64,000 nucleotides of DNA from an uncultured Alphaproteobacteria bacterium (GCA_963821255.1 CAWGCX010000006.1:94343-158342), one strand, 5' to 3'; counted from the stretch's first letter, positions 31,213-42,027 are shown. The notes: a model not told the origin generated them from the sequence alone. Program-made: numbers and translations.

Positions 31213-34115
31213 CGGCCTTTTTGGAGCGCATTGCGGCCTCGCCGCTTCCCTACGACGCGGCGCGCGGCGCGGACGTGCTCGACACGCTGTCAAAGTCGGA
31301 TGCGCCCGAGCTTGCCGGGCTGATCGCCGGCAATCCCGACATCAGGGAGCTCCTGCTCGGCACTTTCTCCTGCTCGCCCTATCTCTCGGCGCTTTCGCTC
31401 CGCGATCCGCGCTCGCTCGCCGACTGCCTCACGCTGAACCCCGAGACGCATCTCAAGGACACGCGCGCCGCGCTCGCCGCTTCGATCGACGAAGCGCCGT
31501 CCTCGAAGGAGGTTATGGCGCATCTCAGGCAGTTCAAGCGGCGCATGGCGCTGCTCGTCGCGCTCGCCGATGTCGGCCAGGTCTGGACGACCGGCGCCTG
31601 CCTCGAAGCGATGAGCCTTACCGCCGACGCCACGCTAAAAGCGGCCACCGATTTTCTGTTCCGCAAGGCGCGTGAGGCCGGGCAGGTGACGGCAGGCGAC
31701 GGCATGTCGGAGCCGCGCGGCTATTTCATCATCGCCATGGGCAAGCTCGGGGCGATGGAGCTCAACTATTCGAGCGACATCGACTTTATGGTCTTTTGCG
31801 ACGCGGCCCGCGCGCGGCTCGCGTCGGACGTCGAGCCGTCCACCTTCTTCGTGAAGCTGACGCGGGAGCTCGTACGCCTGCTGCAGGAGCACACCGCCAA
31901 CGGTTATGTGTTCCGCACCGATCTCAGGCTCAGGCCCGATCCAGGCGCGACGCAGATCGCGCTCTCGACCGACGCAGGCCTCACCTATTACGAGAGCTTC
32001 GGCCAGAACTGGGAGCGCGCGGCGCTGATCAAGGCGCGCATCGCCGCAGGCGACAAGCCGGCCGGCGAGGAGTTCCTGCGCCAGTTGGCACCCTTCGTCT
32101 GGCGCAAATATCTCGACTACGCCGCAGTCGCCGACATCCACGCCATGAAACGGCGGGTGCACGCGCATAAGGGGCATGGCGCCGTCGCGGTGGAGGGGCA
32201 CGACATCAAGCTCGGCCGCGGCGGCATCCGCGACATCGAGTTCTTCGCCCAGACCCAGCAGCTCATCATGGGCGGCAGGCGTCCGGAGCTTCGGACGCGC
32301 GGCACAATCGAGACGCTCGGCCGGCTCGCCGAAGGCGGCTTCATCACGCGCGCCGACGCCGACGTCTTGACCGAGGCCTATTACTTCCTGCGCCGGATCG
32401 AGAACCGGCTGCAGATGGTGGGCGATCAGCAGACGCATATCCTTCCCGCCGATAGGGCGGAGCTCGACCGCATCGCGCGCTTCTCGGGCTATGAAGAGAC
32501 CGACGCGTTTGCCAACGCGCTGCTTGCGACCTTCAAGCAGGTCGAGGCGCATTACGGCGCGCTGTTCGAAAAGCTGCCCGAGCCGCCCGCTTCCCTCCCC
32601 AATATCGTCATCTCCGCGGAGACCGATCCTGCGGCCATCGCGAGTCTCGAGCGGCTTGGATTCCGCAATCCGCAAGCAGCGATGACCGCGATCCGCGCCT
32701 GGCAGTCGGGCCGCTACGCCGCGACGCGCAGCGCGATGTCGCGCGAGCGGCTGACCGCGTTCCTTCCCTCGCTGCTCGATGCCTTCGGCCGCACCGCCGA
32801 GCCGGACCTCGCGCTCGCCACCTTCGACAAGGTGATTTCCGAGATGCCGGCGGGCTTGCAGCTTTTCTCTCTCCTTGCCGCCAATCCGAGCCTGCTCAGG
32901 CTGCTCGCCGATATCATGGGCACGGCGCCGAGGCTCGCGCGCATCATCGCGCGGCGCCCGCGTCTTCTCGATGCGGTGCTCGATCCCGGGTTCTTCGGTG
33001 CCGTGCCGACCCCTGAGAAGCTGAAAGAGCTCGTCCGCGGCGCGATCGCGGAGGCGCGTGACCATCAGGACGCGCTCGACCGCGCGCGCAGCATCGGCCG
33101 CGAGCAGGGCTTCCTCATCGGTGTGCGGGTGATCTCGGGCACGCTCTCAGCACGCCAGGCGGGCGCGGCCTATGCGGGGCTGGCCGAGACCTTGATCGCG
33201 GCGCTCGCCGCGCGCGTCGAGGCTGAGCTCGAGCGCCAGCACGGGCGCCTGCCGGGCGGCCGCGCGGCGATCATCGCCATGGGCAAGCTTGGGGGCCGCG
33301 AGATGACCGCCGGCTCGGACCTGGACCTGATCGTTGTCTACGACTACGAGGGGACGGACGCCCAGTCCGACAGCTCAAGGCCGCTGCCCGGTCCCCAGTA
33401 CTATTCGCGCTTCACTCAGCGACTGATCGCGGCGCTCTCCGCCGAGACCGCCGAGGGCTCGCTCTACCAAGTCGACATGCGGCTCAGGCCCTCGGGCAGC
33501 CAGGGCCCGGTCGCGACCAAGCTTTCGAGCTTCATCGACTATCAGAAGGCGTCAGCCTGGACGTGGGAGCATCTTGCGCTGACCCGCGCGCGGGTCGTCG
33601 CGGAGTCCGCCGCCTTGCGCGAGACCATCAACGACACGATCAGGGAGGTGCTGGCGCGCCCGCGCGATCGCGCTGCCGTCGCGGAAGACGTCCGCACCAT
33701 GCGCGCGAAGATCGAAGAGGAGAAGGGCACGAGCGATATCTGGGACCTGAAGCAGGTGCGGGGCGGGCTGATCGACCTCGAGTTCATCGCGCAGTTTCTC
33801 CAGATCGTCAGTGCCGCGGAGCACCCGGAGGTGCTCGACCAGAACACCGAGACTGCGCTCTCGAAGCTCGCATCGGCCGGCGTGCTGTCTCCGGCCGATG
33901 CCGAGATCCTCGTGCCTGCAGCGCAGCTCTATCATGCTCTGACGCAAGTGTTGAGGCTATGCCTCGACAAGCCGTTCGTGCCGGAGGAGGCACCCCGCGC
34001 GCTGAAAGACCTGCTCGCCCGCTCGGCTGACATGCCAGACTTCGCCACGCTCGAAGCATCGCTCAGCGACACGCTGCGTCAGGTGCACGAGGCCTACGAG
34101 CGGATCATTCGGTAG
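31209..34115 (+). CDS. glnE: Bifunctional glutamine synthetase adenylyltransferase / adenylyl-removing enzyme
   Basis: Two nucleotidyltransferase modules (GKLGAMELNYSSDIDFMVF and GKLGGREMTAGSDLDLIVVYD), each followed by a ...DMRLRP / DLRLRP motif. 968 aa. Confidence 0.95.
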   Translation: MTAFLERIAASPLPYDAARGADVLDTLSKSDAPELAGLIAGNPDIRELLLGTFSCSPYLSALSLRDPRSLADCLTLNPETHLKDTRAALAASIDEAPSSKEVMAHLRQFKRRMALLVALADVGQVWTTGACLEAMSLTADATLKAATDFLFRKAREAGQVTAGDGMSEPRGYFIIAMGKLGAMELNYSSDIDFMVFCDAARARLASDVEPSTFFVKLTRELVRLLQEHTANGYVFRTDLRLRPDPGATQIALSTDAGLTYYESFGQNWERAALIKARIAAGDKPAGEEFLRQLAPFVWRKYLDYAAVADIHAMKRRVHAHKGHGAVAVEGHDIKLGRGGIRDIEFFAQTQQLIMGGRRPELRTRGTIETLGRLAEGGFITRADADVLTEAYYFLRRIENRLQMVGDQQTHILPADRAELDRIARFSGYEETDAFANALLATFKQVEAHYGALFEKLPEPPASLPNIVISAETDPAAIASLERLGFRNPQAAMTAIRAWQSGRYAATRSAMSRERLTAFLPSLLDAFGRTAEPDLALATFDKVISEMPAGLQLFSLLAANPSLLRLLADIMGTAPRLARIIARRPRLLDAVLDPGFFGAVPTPEKLKELVRGAIAEARDHQDALDRARSIGREQGFLIGVRVISGTLSARQAGAAYAGLAETLIAALAARVEAELERQHGRLPGGRAAIIAMGKLGGREMTAGSDLDLIVVYDYEGTDAQSDSSRPLPGPQYYSRFTQRLIAALSAETAEGSLYQVDMRLRPSGSQGPVATKLSSFIDYQKASAWTWEHLALTRARVVAESAALRETINDTIREVLARPRDRAAVAEDVRTMRAKIEEEKGTSDIWDLKQVRGGLIDLEFIAQFLQIVSAAEHPEVLDQNTETALSKLASAGVLSPADAEILVPAAQLYHALTQVLRLCLDKPFVPEEAPRALKDLLARSADMPDFATLEASLSDTLRQVHEAYERIIR

Positions 34116-34127
34116 GGACGACGAGGC

Positions 34128-36419
34128 CTAAGCGGAGGCGGCGAGCTCGGGTTCCGACGTCTCGGCGGGCAGCACGGCCTGAACGGGCAGGGTGCAGGTC
34201 ACGGTCGTGCCCTGGCCCTCGCGGCTCGAGATGCGCACGGTCCCGCCATGCAGCTCGACCAGCGCGCGGGAGATGGCAAGCCCAAGCCCGCTGCCCTGAT
34301 GGCTTTTGGAGAACTGGTTCTCGACCTGCTCGAACGGACGCCCGAGCTTGCCGATGTCGCCCTCGGGGATGCCGATGCCGGTGTCCTTGATGGCGATCTT
34401 CACAATCCCGCGCGCGCGCGAGATATGCACGTCGACGCTGCCGCCGTCGCGGGTGAACTTCACCGCGTTCGACAGAAGGTTCAGGAACACCTGCTTGAGC
34501 GCCCGGCGGTCGGCTTCGAGCATCATGTGCGGCGGCCCGTGGCGCGCGAGTGTGATGTTGCGCTCCTCCGCCGCCTGGCTCACCACCTTCATGCTGTCGT
34601 CGACGATGTCGGCAACGTCCACCTGGCCGAGATGCAGTGACATGCGGCCTGCCTCGATCTTCGACATGTCGAGAATGTCGTTGATCACTTCCAGCAGATA
34701 GGTGCCGCTCTCATAGATGTCGCGCGCATATTCCTGATACTTCGCATGGCCGAGCGGGCCGAACAAAGATTTCTGCATCACTTCGGAGAAGCCGATCACG
34801 GCGTTCAGCGGGGTGCGCAGCTCGTGGCTGATATTGGCGAGGAACTCGGACTTGGCGCGGTTTGCGGCCTCAGCCCGGTTCTTCTCCGCGGCATATTTCT
34901 CGGCGAGGTCGACAAGCCGCTGCTTCTGCTGCTCGAGCTCGCGGCGGGAGAGCCTGAGCTCGGCGACGCTCTCCCGGAGCTGGCTCTCGCTCTCGGCGAG
35001 ACGCTGCTGGCTTTCTTTGAGCACGGTGATGTCGGTACCGACGCTCACATAACCGCCGTCGCGCGTGCGCCGCTCGTTGATGTGCAGCCAGCGGCCGTCC
35101 TCGATCTGCGCCTCGTAGGTGCGGCTGTCGTCGTTCTCGCGCCCGGCGACCGCGATGCGCTTGGAGACGAGCGGCTCGGCTGCCGCGGCGATCACATCTT
35201 CATACGGGCTGCCTTGCCGCACCATGTCGTCGGCCAAGCCGTGGAACTGCTGGTACTTGCTGTTGCACATGACGAGCTGGTTCTCGCGGTCCCACAGCAC
35301 GAAGGCCTCGGAGATCGTCTCGACCGCGTCGCGCAGCCGCGCATTGGCGTCCGCCGAGCCGGGGCTTGCATCATGCTCGGCCATCACGGCAATGCCGGTG
35401 AGGATCGGCTCGCGCCGGTCGGCGCTCCGGGTGATGTGGCCGCGGAGCCTCAGCATCACCCAGGGACCGTCCTGATGGCGGAGGCGGAAGCTCTCGTCGA
35501 ATTCGGTTGTCCCCTCGCGCAGATGCCGCTCGACCGCGCCGCGGAGATCGTCGTCGGGATGCAGCGCGCGGGCGATCGCGCCGAACGGCATGGTGGCACC
35601 GACCGGCTGAAGGCCAAGCATGCGGAACATCGGTGCCGACCATTGCACATGACCGCGCGCGAGGTTCCAGCGCCACATGCCGCAGCCGGGCAGCGCCTCG
35701 GTCAGCTCATCTGCGAGCGCATCGTCCCCCGCGCGCGCGGCAGCGGGCGCGAGGTACCATAGAGCGGCGCCGATCAGCGCAAGCACCAAGCCCGTGCAGA
35801 CGAGCAGCGTGATCTCGAGCATCGCGCCGCTCTTCCAATCGGCGATGGCCGAGGCCACCGGCTGGATCATCGCGAGCTGCGCGTCGGTACGCGGGAGGTT
35901 GCGGACCGTGACGATCGCATCGGTCCCGTCGAGCAGGGTCAGGCGCAGCACGCCGGCTTCGGCGCCGAAGGTGGTGAGCGGCTGCTGTGGCCCAAGCACG
36001 GTGAGCAGGTTGCCGGCGCGCTCGCCGTCCAGCGGCGCACGGGCCTGGATGTTGCCTTCGGCATCGGCGAACAGCGCCATGCGACCATCGCGGGTCGCGG
36101 CCTTGGGCAGGCTCGCGGCGAGCGCGGTTTGCCAGTCGCGGCTCGAGCTCAGCGTCTTGTCCTTGAGGTTGAGGGCGGCGACGTCGGCGTTGAGCGTCAA
36201 TAGCCGGCGCGCGGCATCGAGCGCGTCGCGCTTGCCGTGCGCTAGCTGGAAGGCGAAGCCCACGATGGCGACGAAGGCAAAGATGGCGAGCAGGATCGGG
36301 ACGAGGCGGCGGAGCAGCTCAGCCTCGGGCATGTAACGCCCGACAACCGCCCGCAGGTCCTGCAAACGAGGACTTGAGCCGGCGAAGACTCCCACACGCG
36401 CGGCACGTGCCCGCGACAT
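34128..36419 (-). CDS. Large membrane PAS sensor histidine kinase (PleC/DivJ/PdhS-like kinase core), orphan
   Basis: Two TM helices flank a periplasmic-size domain. Two PAS-like segments and a coiled coil. SHELRTPLNAVIGFSEVM...FGPLG..KYQEYARDIYESGTYLL..INDILDMSKIEAG, then DTGIGI and GSGLGLAIS. Confidence 0.88.
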   Translation of the reverse strand: MSRARAARVGVFAGSSPRLQDLRAVVGRYMPEAELLRRLVPILLAIFAFVAIVGFAFQLAHGKRDALDAARRLLTLNADVAALNLKDKTLSSSRDWQTALAASLPKAATRDGRMALFADAEGNIQARAPLDGERAGNLLTVLGPQQPLTTFGAEAGVLRLTLLDGTDAIVTVRNLPRTDAQLAMIQPVASAIADWKSGAMLEITLLVCTGLVLALIGAALWYLAPAAARAGDDALADELTEALPGCGMWRWNLARGHVQWSAPMFRMLGLQPVGATMPFGAIARALHPDDDLRGAVERHLREGTTEFDESFRLRHQDGPWVMLRLRGHITRSADRREPILTGIAVMAEHDASPGSADANARLRDAVETISEAFVLWDRENQLVMCNSKYQQFHGLADDMVRQGSPYEDVIAAAAEPLVSKRIAVAGRENDDSRTYEAQIEDGRWLHINERRTRDGGYVSVGTDITVLKESQQRLAESESQLRESVAELRLSRRELEQQKQRLVDLAEKYAAEKNRAEAANRAKSEFLANISHELRTPLNAVIGFSEVMQKSLFGPLGHAKYQEYARDIYESGTYLLEVINDILDMSKIEAGRMSLHLGQVDVADIVDDSMKVVSQAAEERNITLARHGPPHMMLEADRRALKQVFLNLLSNAVKFTRDGGSVDVHISRARGIVKIAIKDTGIGIPEGDIGKLGRPFEQVENQFSKSHQGSGLGLAISRALVELHGGTVRISSREGQGTTVTCTLPVQAVLPAETSEPELAASA

Positions 36420-36568
36420 TCGGTCCCCCGTGGTCGTTCTCCCGCGTCGAGCCGGAGAACTTGCCGCATCTCCGAATCGCCCTCGCTTCGAGTTGAATCG
36501 ATGAGAGCGTCGTCTGTCCAGAGAAACCTGTGGATGTTCGGTTAATAAGCCGTTGACAGAGCACGACT

Positions 36569-39227
36569 CTAGGTCGCGCCGAGGGTCTTAGAGACAATCT
36601 CGTAGCTGTCGGTGGAGAGCTCGGCGCGGGCCAGATTCGCAAGCGTCTCCTTGGCCTTGGCCTGGCGCTCGGGCTCCAGGATGCGCCAGCTCTCGAAAGC
36701 GCCAAGGAGCCGTGCCGCCATATGCGGGTTGAAGCGGTCGATGGCGAGCGCCTGATCCGCGAGGAGCCGGTAGCCCGCCCCGTCCTTGCGGTTGAAACCG
36801 GTCGGGTTACCGTGGGCGAAGCTGCCGATCAGCGCGCGGATACGGTTCGGGTTCTTGAGCGAGAATTTCGGGTGCTCCAGCAGCGCCCACATGGTCGCGA
36901 CGGAGGTTGGGCGCACGGCGCGTGCCTGCACCGCGAACCATTTGTCGAGCACGAGCGGCTCATCCTGCCAGCGCGCGTAGAAATGATCGAGCGCCTCGTG
37001 CCGCAGGGGCAGGTCGAGATGCGACAGGATGGAGAGCGCCATGATCGCATCCGTCATGTTCGAGGCGTCGTAATAATGCCTCCGCACGCGCTCGACTTCT
37101 TCAGGCGCGCCGCTCGCCACGAGCAGGTCGAGCGCCGCGATACGCAGCGCGCGCAAGCCCGCGCTCTTTGGATCGGGCGAGTAAGGGCCAGGCGACGCGC
37201 AATTCGTGTAGAGCTCAGCAAGCGTCGCGGCGATCTCCGTGCCGATCGTCGCGCGCAACGCTTCGCGTGCGCCGCACACTTTGTCGGTGTCGACGTCGCG
37301 GGCAAGCTCACGCGCGATGTCGGACTCGCTCGGCAGCTTGAGGAACTCCGCGCGATAGGCAGCCCGCAGCGTATCGTCGCGCGCGGTCGCGGCAACCGCT
37401 TGTGCAAGGCGCGCTGCCTCCTTGCCCGTGACGCGCCCGAGATCGCCACCTCGCGACGCGGCGGTGAGCAGATTGGTCGCGTAAGTCTGCGCCGCCTGCC
37501 AGCGATTGAACGGATCGCTGTCATGGCGCATCAGGAACTCGATCTGCTCCGGCTCGAGATTGACGGTAAGGCGCACCGGGGCGGAGAAATCGCGCAAGAG
37601 CGACGGCGTGGGCGGCGAGGGGATGTCACGGAACTCGAAGACGTGCTCGCGATCGGTCACTTCGAGCAGCCCGCCGGGGAGGGAAGTTCCGTCGGCAAGC
37701 GTCAGCGGAAGGTCTTGGCCGTTCGCGCCCGAACAGCCCGACTTTGAGCGGAATCGGCATCGGTTGCTTGCTCGTCTGGCCGGGCGTCGGTGGCACGACC
37801 TGGCTCACCTTCAGCCGCGCGGTCTTGGCGTGCGCATCGTAATCGAGCGAGCAGGCAAGCTCGGGCGTGCCGGCCTGATTGTACCACAGCATGAATTGCC
37901 TGAGGTCGCGGCCAGAGGCGTCGGCCAGGCAGTCGACGAAATCCTCGACTGTGACCGCCTCGCCGTCATGCCGCTCGAAATAGAGGTCGAGCCCTTTGCG
38001 GAATCCCTCGCGCCCGAGCAGCGTCTGCAGCATGCGGCAGATCTCGGCGCCCTTCTCGTAGACGGTCGCCGTGTAGAAATTGTTGATCTCGATGAAGGAC
38101 GCAGGCCGCACCGGGTGGGCCAAGGGCCCCGCGTCCTCCGGGAACTGATTGGTCTTCAAGACGCGCGCATCGACGATACGCTCGACCGGGCCGGAGCGCA
38201 CGTCTGCGGTGAATTCCTGGTCGCGGAACACGGTCAGCCCTTCCTTCAGGCAGAGCTGAAACCAGTCGCGGCAGGTGATGCGGTCGCCGGTCCAGTTGTG
38301 GAAATATTCGTGCGCGATCACGCTCTCGATCGCGGCGTAGTCGCCGTCGCTCGCCGTGTCGGGTCGCGCCAGCACGAGCTTGTCGTTGAAGATATTGAGG
38401 CCCTTGTTCTCCATCGCGCCCATGTTGAAGTCGCTGACCGCCGCGATGTTGAACATTTCGAGATCGTATTCGCGGCCGAAGCGATCCTCGTCCCAGCGCA
38501 TGGAGCGTTTGAGCGAGTCCATGGCCCAGGCGCAGCGGTCCTCCTTGCCGGGCTCGACATAGATGGCGAGCGCCACCTCGCGGCCCGATGCGGTGACGAA
38601 GCTGTCGCGCACCGCGGTCAAATCGCCACCGACCAGCGCGAAGAGATAAGACGGTTTGGGGAAGGGGTCGTGCCAGACGGCGTAATGGCGCCCGGTGCTT
38701 TGGATGTCGCCGTGTTCGACCAGGTTTCCGTTCGAGAGCAGCACGGGGGTCGATGCCTTGTCCGCCTCGATGCGCACCGTATAGACCGCGAGCACGTCGG
38801 GCCGGTCGAGAAAAAAGGTGATGCGGCGGAAACCTTCCGGCTCGCACTGCGTGCAATAGGTGCCGCGCGTGCGGTAGAGGCCCGAGAGCTCGGTGTTGGC
38901 TTCGGGCTCGCAGGTCGTGACGATCTCGAGCGTAAAGGGATGCGCCGGGACCTGCGCGATGGTCAGCGAACGGTCCGTCAGGGCGTAGTCGCCGGCTGAT
39001 AGCGTGTTGCCGTCTATGGCGACGCTTTCGAGCTTGAGCGCCTCTCCGTCGAGCTGAAGTGGCCGGCCGCCGGTCGCGACCTTGGGATTGGGCCTGATGC
39101 GGAGTTTCGAGGCGACGCGGGTCGCCTTTGGCTCCAGCGCGAAGCCGAGGTCGACCTCCTCGATGAGGTAGTCGGGCGGGGCGTAGTCTTTGAGGAATTT
39201 CGGCTGGCGGGGGGCGGTGTCTTGCAT
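36569..39227 (-). pseudogene. pepN: Aminopeptidase N, reading frame broken once near 37728-37735
   Basis: GAMEN and HEYFHNWTGDRITCRDWFQLCLKEGLTVF (HExxH-18-E). The N-terminal about 495 aa and the C-terminal about 380 aa are in different frames. The join reads ...IPLKVGLFG / ANGQDLPLTLADGTSLPGGLLEVTDREHVFEF... at a GGG run (CCC on the + strand). Confidence 0.9.
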
Positions 39228-39298
39228 CGCCCGCTCTTAGAGGGCGAAAGGGGCGGTGCCAAGTCCGAAGCCTCGCCGCAATTCCGCCTTTCCAGACT

Positions 39299-39385
39299 CC
39301 GTCATGGCCGGGCTTGTCCCGGCCATCCACGTCTTGGGTGCGGGACGACTGAAATTCGTGGATGCCCGGCACTTCGGCCAGGCAT
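39299..39385. repeat. Family A palindromic element (two-arm copy), followed by a 10-nt tandem duplication
   Basis: cgtcatggccgggcttgtcccggccatccacgtc ... gaaattcgtggatgcccggcacttcggccaggcatga, then gcatgagcaa twice. Confidence 0.85.
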
Positions 39386-39425
39386 GAGCAAGCATGAGCA
39401 AGCGCTCTTGTTTTGGCGAGAAAGG

Positions 39426-39800
39426 CTACTCGGCCGTCTCGGAGATCACGCGGCGGGCGAGCTGGGCGAGCTTGACGAGGTCGTCGCTCAGGTTCTCCGG
39501 CTCTTGCTCGGCGTGCTGCACGAACTCCTCGAGCAATTTCCGGAACACCGGCGCGCGCACGATGATCTGTGCCTCGCGCTCGACGCGGAAGGGGTCGAGA
39601 TCGTATTCGGAGCCGGGCACGCGCCAGCCGCCCCAGTCGCGGTCGCTCGTCACCACGGTGGGGTGGGTGCCGGGATAAGGGTGATGGCCGCTTGGTCGGC
39701 GCTTTTCCAGCGGTTCTGGCCGCGGACGACGCGCCAGGTCCCGTCGAGCCGTTTGCGCCATTGACCTGCAGCGCTTGCGGCCCCCGGGTCTGTCACGCTA
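39426..39800 (-). pseudogene. Hypothetical protein with an apparent single frameshift near 39675-39685
   Basis: The C-terminal part, VVTSDRDWGGWRVPGSEYDLDPFRVEREAQIIVRAPVFRKLLEEFVQHAEQEP..., looks coding. Upstream, the protein-like reading (QWRKRLDGTWRVVRGQNRWKSADQAAITLIP) is in another frame. The in-frame reading from the ATG at 39761 is Arg/Pro-rich junk. Confidence 0.4.
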
Positions 39801-39881
39801 GCCGGAAAAATTTGGCCCCCTTCACCTGTGCATCCAGCCGGTGGACGGACCCCGGCTCGCAGGGTTAAGACGCGCTTCACC

Positions 39882-40289
39882 ATGAAGGCCAGCTCCGCCG
39901 CCCAAGGGCCCGAGCCGAAGCTGTTCCTGCCGTCGAGGCGGGACGCCTTGGTGCTTGCGCTCGCGGGCGCGGCCTTGCTCGGCACCGCGCTCTTCCTTCG
40001 CTACGGTATCATCCAGAACACGCCGCTCGGGCTCGCTTGCGAGGCGGGGAGGGGAGGCTTTGTCTGCCGCCTTAGGCTCGCGGTCATTCTCATGTTCGTC
40101 TGGAACGTGTTCGGCTGGGGCGCGCTGATCGCTGCGGCCGTCCAGCTCATCCGCCCAAACGTCGTCGTGTTTGGTATCGGGCTTGTCTTCGCGCTCGCAG
40201 GCCTCGTGCTCTACAACACCGGTGCCGCAGCGCTTGCGATCGCGCTGCTCCTGCTCAGCCTGGCGCGGTCCGGGCCTGAAGCACCGTAA
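39882..40289 (+). CDS. Hypothetical four-TM membrane protein
   Basis: ATG at 39882 and hydrophobic helices (LVLALAGAALLGTALFL, LAVILMFVWNVFGWGALIAAAV, VVVFGIGLVFALAGLVLY, AALAIALLLLSLA). It overlaps the convergent GH17 gene by about 35 nt. Confidence 0.6.
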   Translation: MKASSAAQGPEPKLFLPSRRDALVLALAGAALLGTALFLRYGIIQNTPLGLACEAGRGGFVCRLRLAVILMFVWNVFGWGALIAAAVQLIRPNVVVFGIGLVFALAGLVLYNTGAAALAIALLLLSLARSGPEAP

Positions 40290-41856
40290 GCGCAAGCGCG
40301 ACGAAGAGGAGCGCGAGCCAATCGGCCTGCCAGTTCGCGGCGCCCTCATTGCCGACGATAAACAGCGCGGAGCCGGCAAGCACTGAAGCGGCGGCGATCT
40401 CCGCCGCGCCGGGGCTCAGGCGCCCGCGCGCGCCAATGAAGGCTGCGACGGCCAGCGCCGTCACGGGGCCGGTCAGGGCGGCGAAGGGGAAGTCCTTATA
40501 GCGGGGGTCGAACACGAGGCCGAGCGCGACGTGGATCGCGGCAATCGCGGTCGCCACGAGCAACGCGGCGAGGATCGCGCCGTCGCGCGTGCCCCCGCGG
40601 CAATGCGGCGGATCGAGCGCCATGGCGAAACCTGGCAGCTCCCACCCCCGGGCAAGCGCGAAGGCAGCAGCCATCGGCACGGTGAGCGCCAACGCAAACA
40701 TAATGACGCCCCGCAGGCCTTCGCCCGGGAGCGCGTTCTCCATGGCGAGGTTGGTGGCCGCGAGCCCGAAGGTGAGCCCGGTTGCCAGCGCGATCGAGGC
40801 GGCGCCCGGATCGCGCCGCCATCCTCGCGCCTCCCTCCCGCTCGCCCCCAGCCCGAAAGACATGAAGACGAGCGCCGCCGCGCCGATGCCGAGACCCGCC
40901 TTCAGCATCCAGTCCGGGTGGTTGGACACCGGCTCGCCGAAGCGGAACTTCAGCTCGCGGGTCGTATCGTCGAAGAGCCCCCAATGGCCGCCGACCGTGC
41001 CTTCCAGCAGGCGCTTCCAATGCTGGTCGTAGGCCTCGATGATATTGACCCGCCACCCCTGCTCCTTGGCGGCCGCCACGACCTCGCTCACGACCAGTGC
41101 CTGGTTTGAAGGGGAGGGAAGAGCGGCCTCGCGCATCCGCCCGGCGCTCGGCCACCCGATCTCCCCGATCAGGATCTCCTTGCCGGGAAAGGCTTCGCCC
41201 ACCCGCCGCATGACGTCGCGGAGATGCACGCCGATCTTTTCAGCGGCAACTGGATCGTTCTCCCAATAAGGCAGGACGTGGATGGTCACGAAATCAGTCG
41301 CAGACGCGAGCTCCGGATGCTCGAGCCAGAACTCCCAGACATCGGCATAGGTCGAAGGCAGGTCTGAGCGCTGCCGCACCTCCTCAAGATAAACCCGCAC
41401 GTCGCCGGCCAACAGCTCGCCCCGCAGCAGCGCCTCGTTGCCGACGATCAGCGCCTTGATCGTGCCGGGATAGGCTTTGGCCAGCTTAAGCGCTGCCTCG
41501 ATCTCGCGCCGGTTGTCGGCACGGTTCCGGCCTAGCCAGATGCCTTGTAGGACCTCAAGGCCGTGCTTGGCGGCAAGCCGGGCGACCGCTCCTTGCCGCC
41601 CCATCGCCGAGTAGGTGCGGACGCAGGAGGCGGCGCGAGCGAGCTGCTTGAGGTCGCCCTCGATCTGGCTGTCGGGAATGACGAGCCCCACTGTGAATGG
41701 CGCTTGGCCCGCATGGAACGGAGCATAAGAGATGCACGTTACCTTTTCGTCTGGGCCGACCGGGAAGGGTGGCACGGGGTGCGGCTTGCCTAAGCCATGC
41801 CAGACGGCGGCGATGGCGCCGGCCACGAGCGCGAACAAAATCAGGGAGCGGACCAT
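40255..41856 (-). CDS. ndvC: Glycoside hydrolase family 17 domain plus polytopic membrane C-terminus (Bradyrhizobium NdvC-like beta-glucan branching/synthesis protein)
   Basis: GH17-like VGNEALLRGE...VHVLPYWE...IGEIGWPSAG...EAYDQHWK...HWGLF, followed by about 6 TM helices. Confidence 0.8.
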   Translation of the reverse strand: MVRSLILFALVAGAIAAVWHGLGKPHPVPPFPVGPDEKVTCISYAPFHAGQAPFTVGLVIPDSQIEGDLKQLARAASCVRTYSAMGRQGAVARLAAKHGLEVLQGIWLGRNRADNRREIEAALKLAKAYPGTIKALIVGNEALLRGELLAGDVRVYLEEVRQRSDLPSTYADVWEFWLEHPELASATDFVTIHVLPYWENDPVAAEKIGVHLRDVMRRVGEAFPGKEILIGEIGWPSAGRMREAALPSPSNQALVVSEVVAAAKEQGWRVNIIEAYDQHWKRLLEGTVGGHWGLFDDTTRELKFRFGEPVSNHPDWMLKAGLGIGAAALVFMSFGLGASGREARGWRRDPGAASIALATGLTFGLAATNLAMENALPGEGLRGVIMFALALTVPMAAAFALARGWELPGFAMALDPPHCRGGTRDGAILAALLVATAIAAIHVALGLVFDPRYKDFPFAALTGPVTALAVAAFIGARGRLSPGAAEIAAASVLAGSALFIVGNEGAANWQADWLALLFVALALTVLQARTAPG

Positions 41857-42027
41857 GTTGGAGTTTCGACCCAGGGATGCGACGAATAGCAGCTTTGCGG
41901 TGCGAAATGAACCGACAGCCCTTACTTGTGCGCGTGCGAAGTGATAAATCTCGGTCCTGCCGTTGGACTGCCAAAATCTAGTGGTTTAACGCGGAAGATC
42001 ACTCGCTTTCACGTGGGGCCCCCATCC

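Noticed and set aside
29791-33065. Long minus-strand ORFs (500 and 476 codons) opposite the degP-linked histidine kinase and glnE.
   Set aside because: These are shadow ORFs of genes with unambiguous motifs on the plus strand. Their composition is dominated by Arg, Ala, Gly and Pro.
37506-39372. 497-codon plus-strand ORF and 468-codon minus-strand alternative-frame ORF across pepN.
   Set aside because: PepN motifs (GAMEN, HEYFHNW...E) fix the real frame. The alternatives are Arg/Pro/Gly-rich and motif-free.
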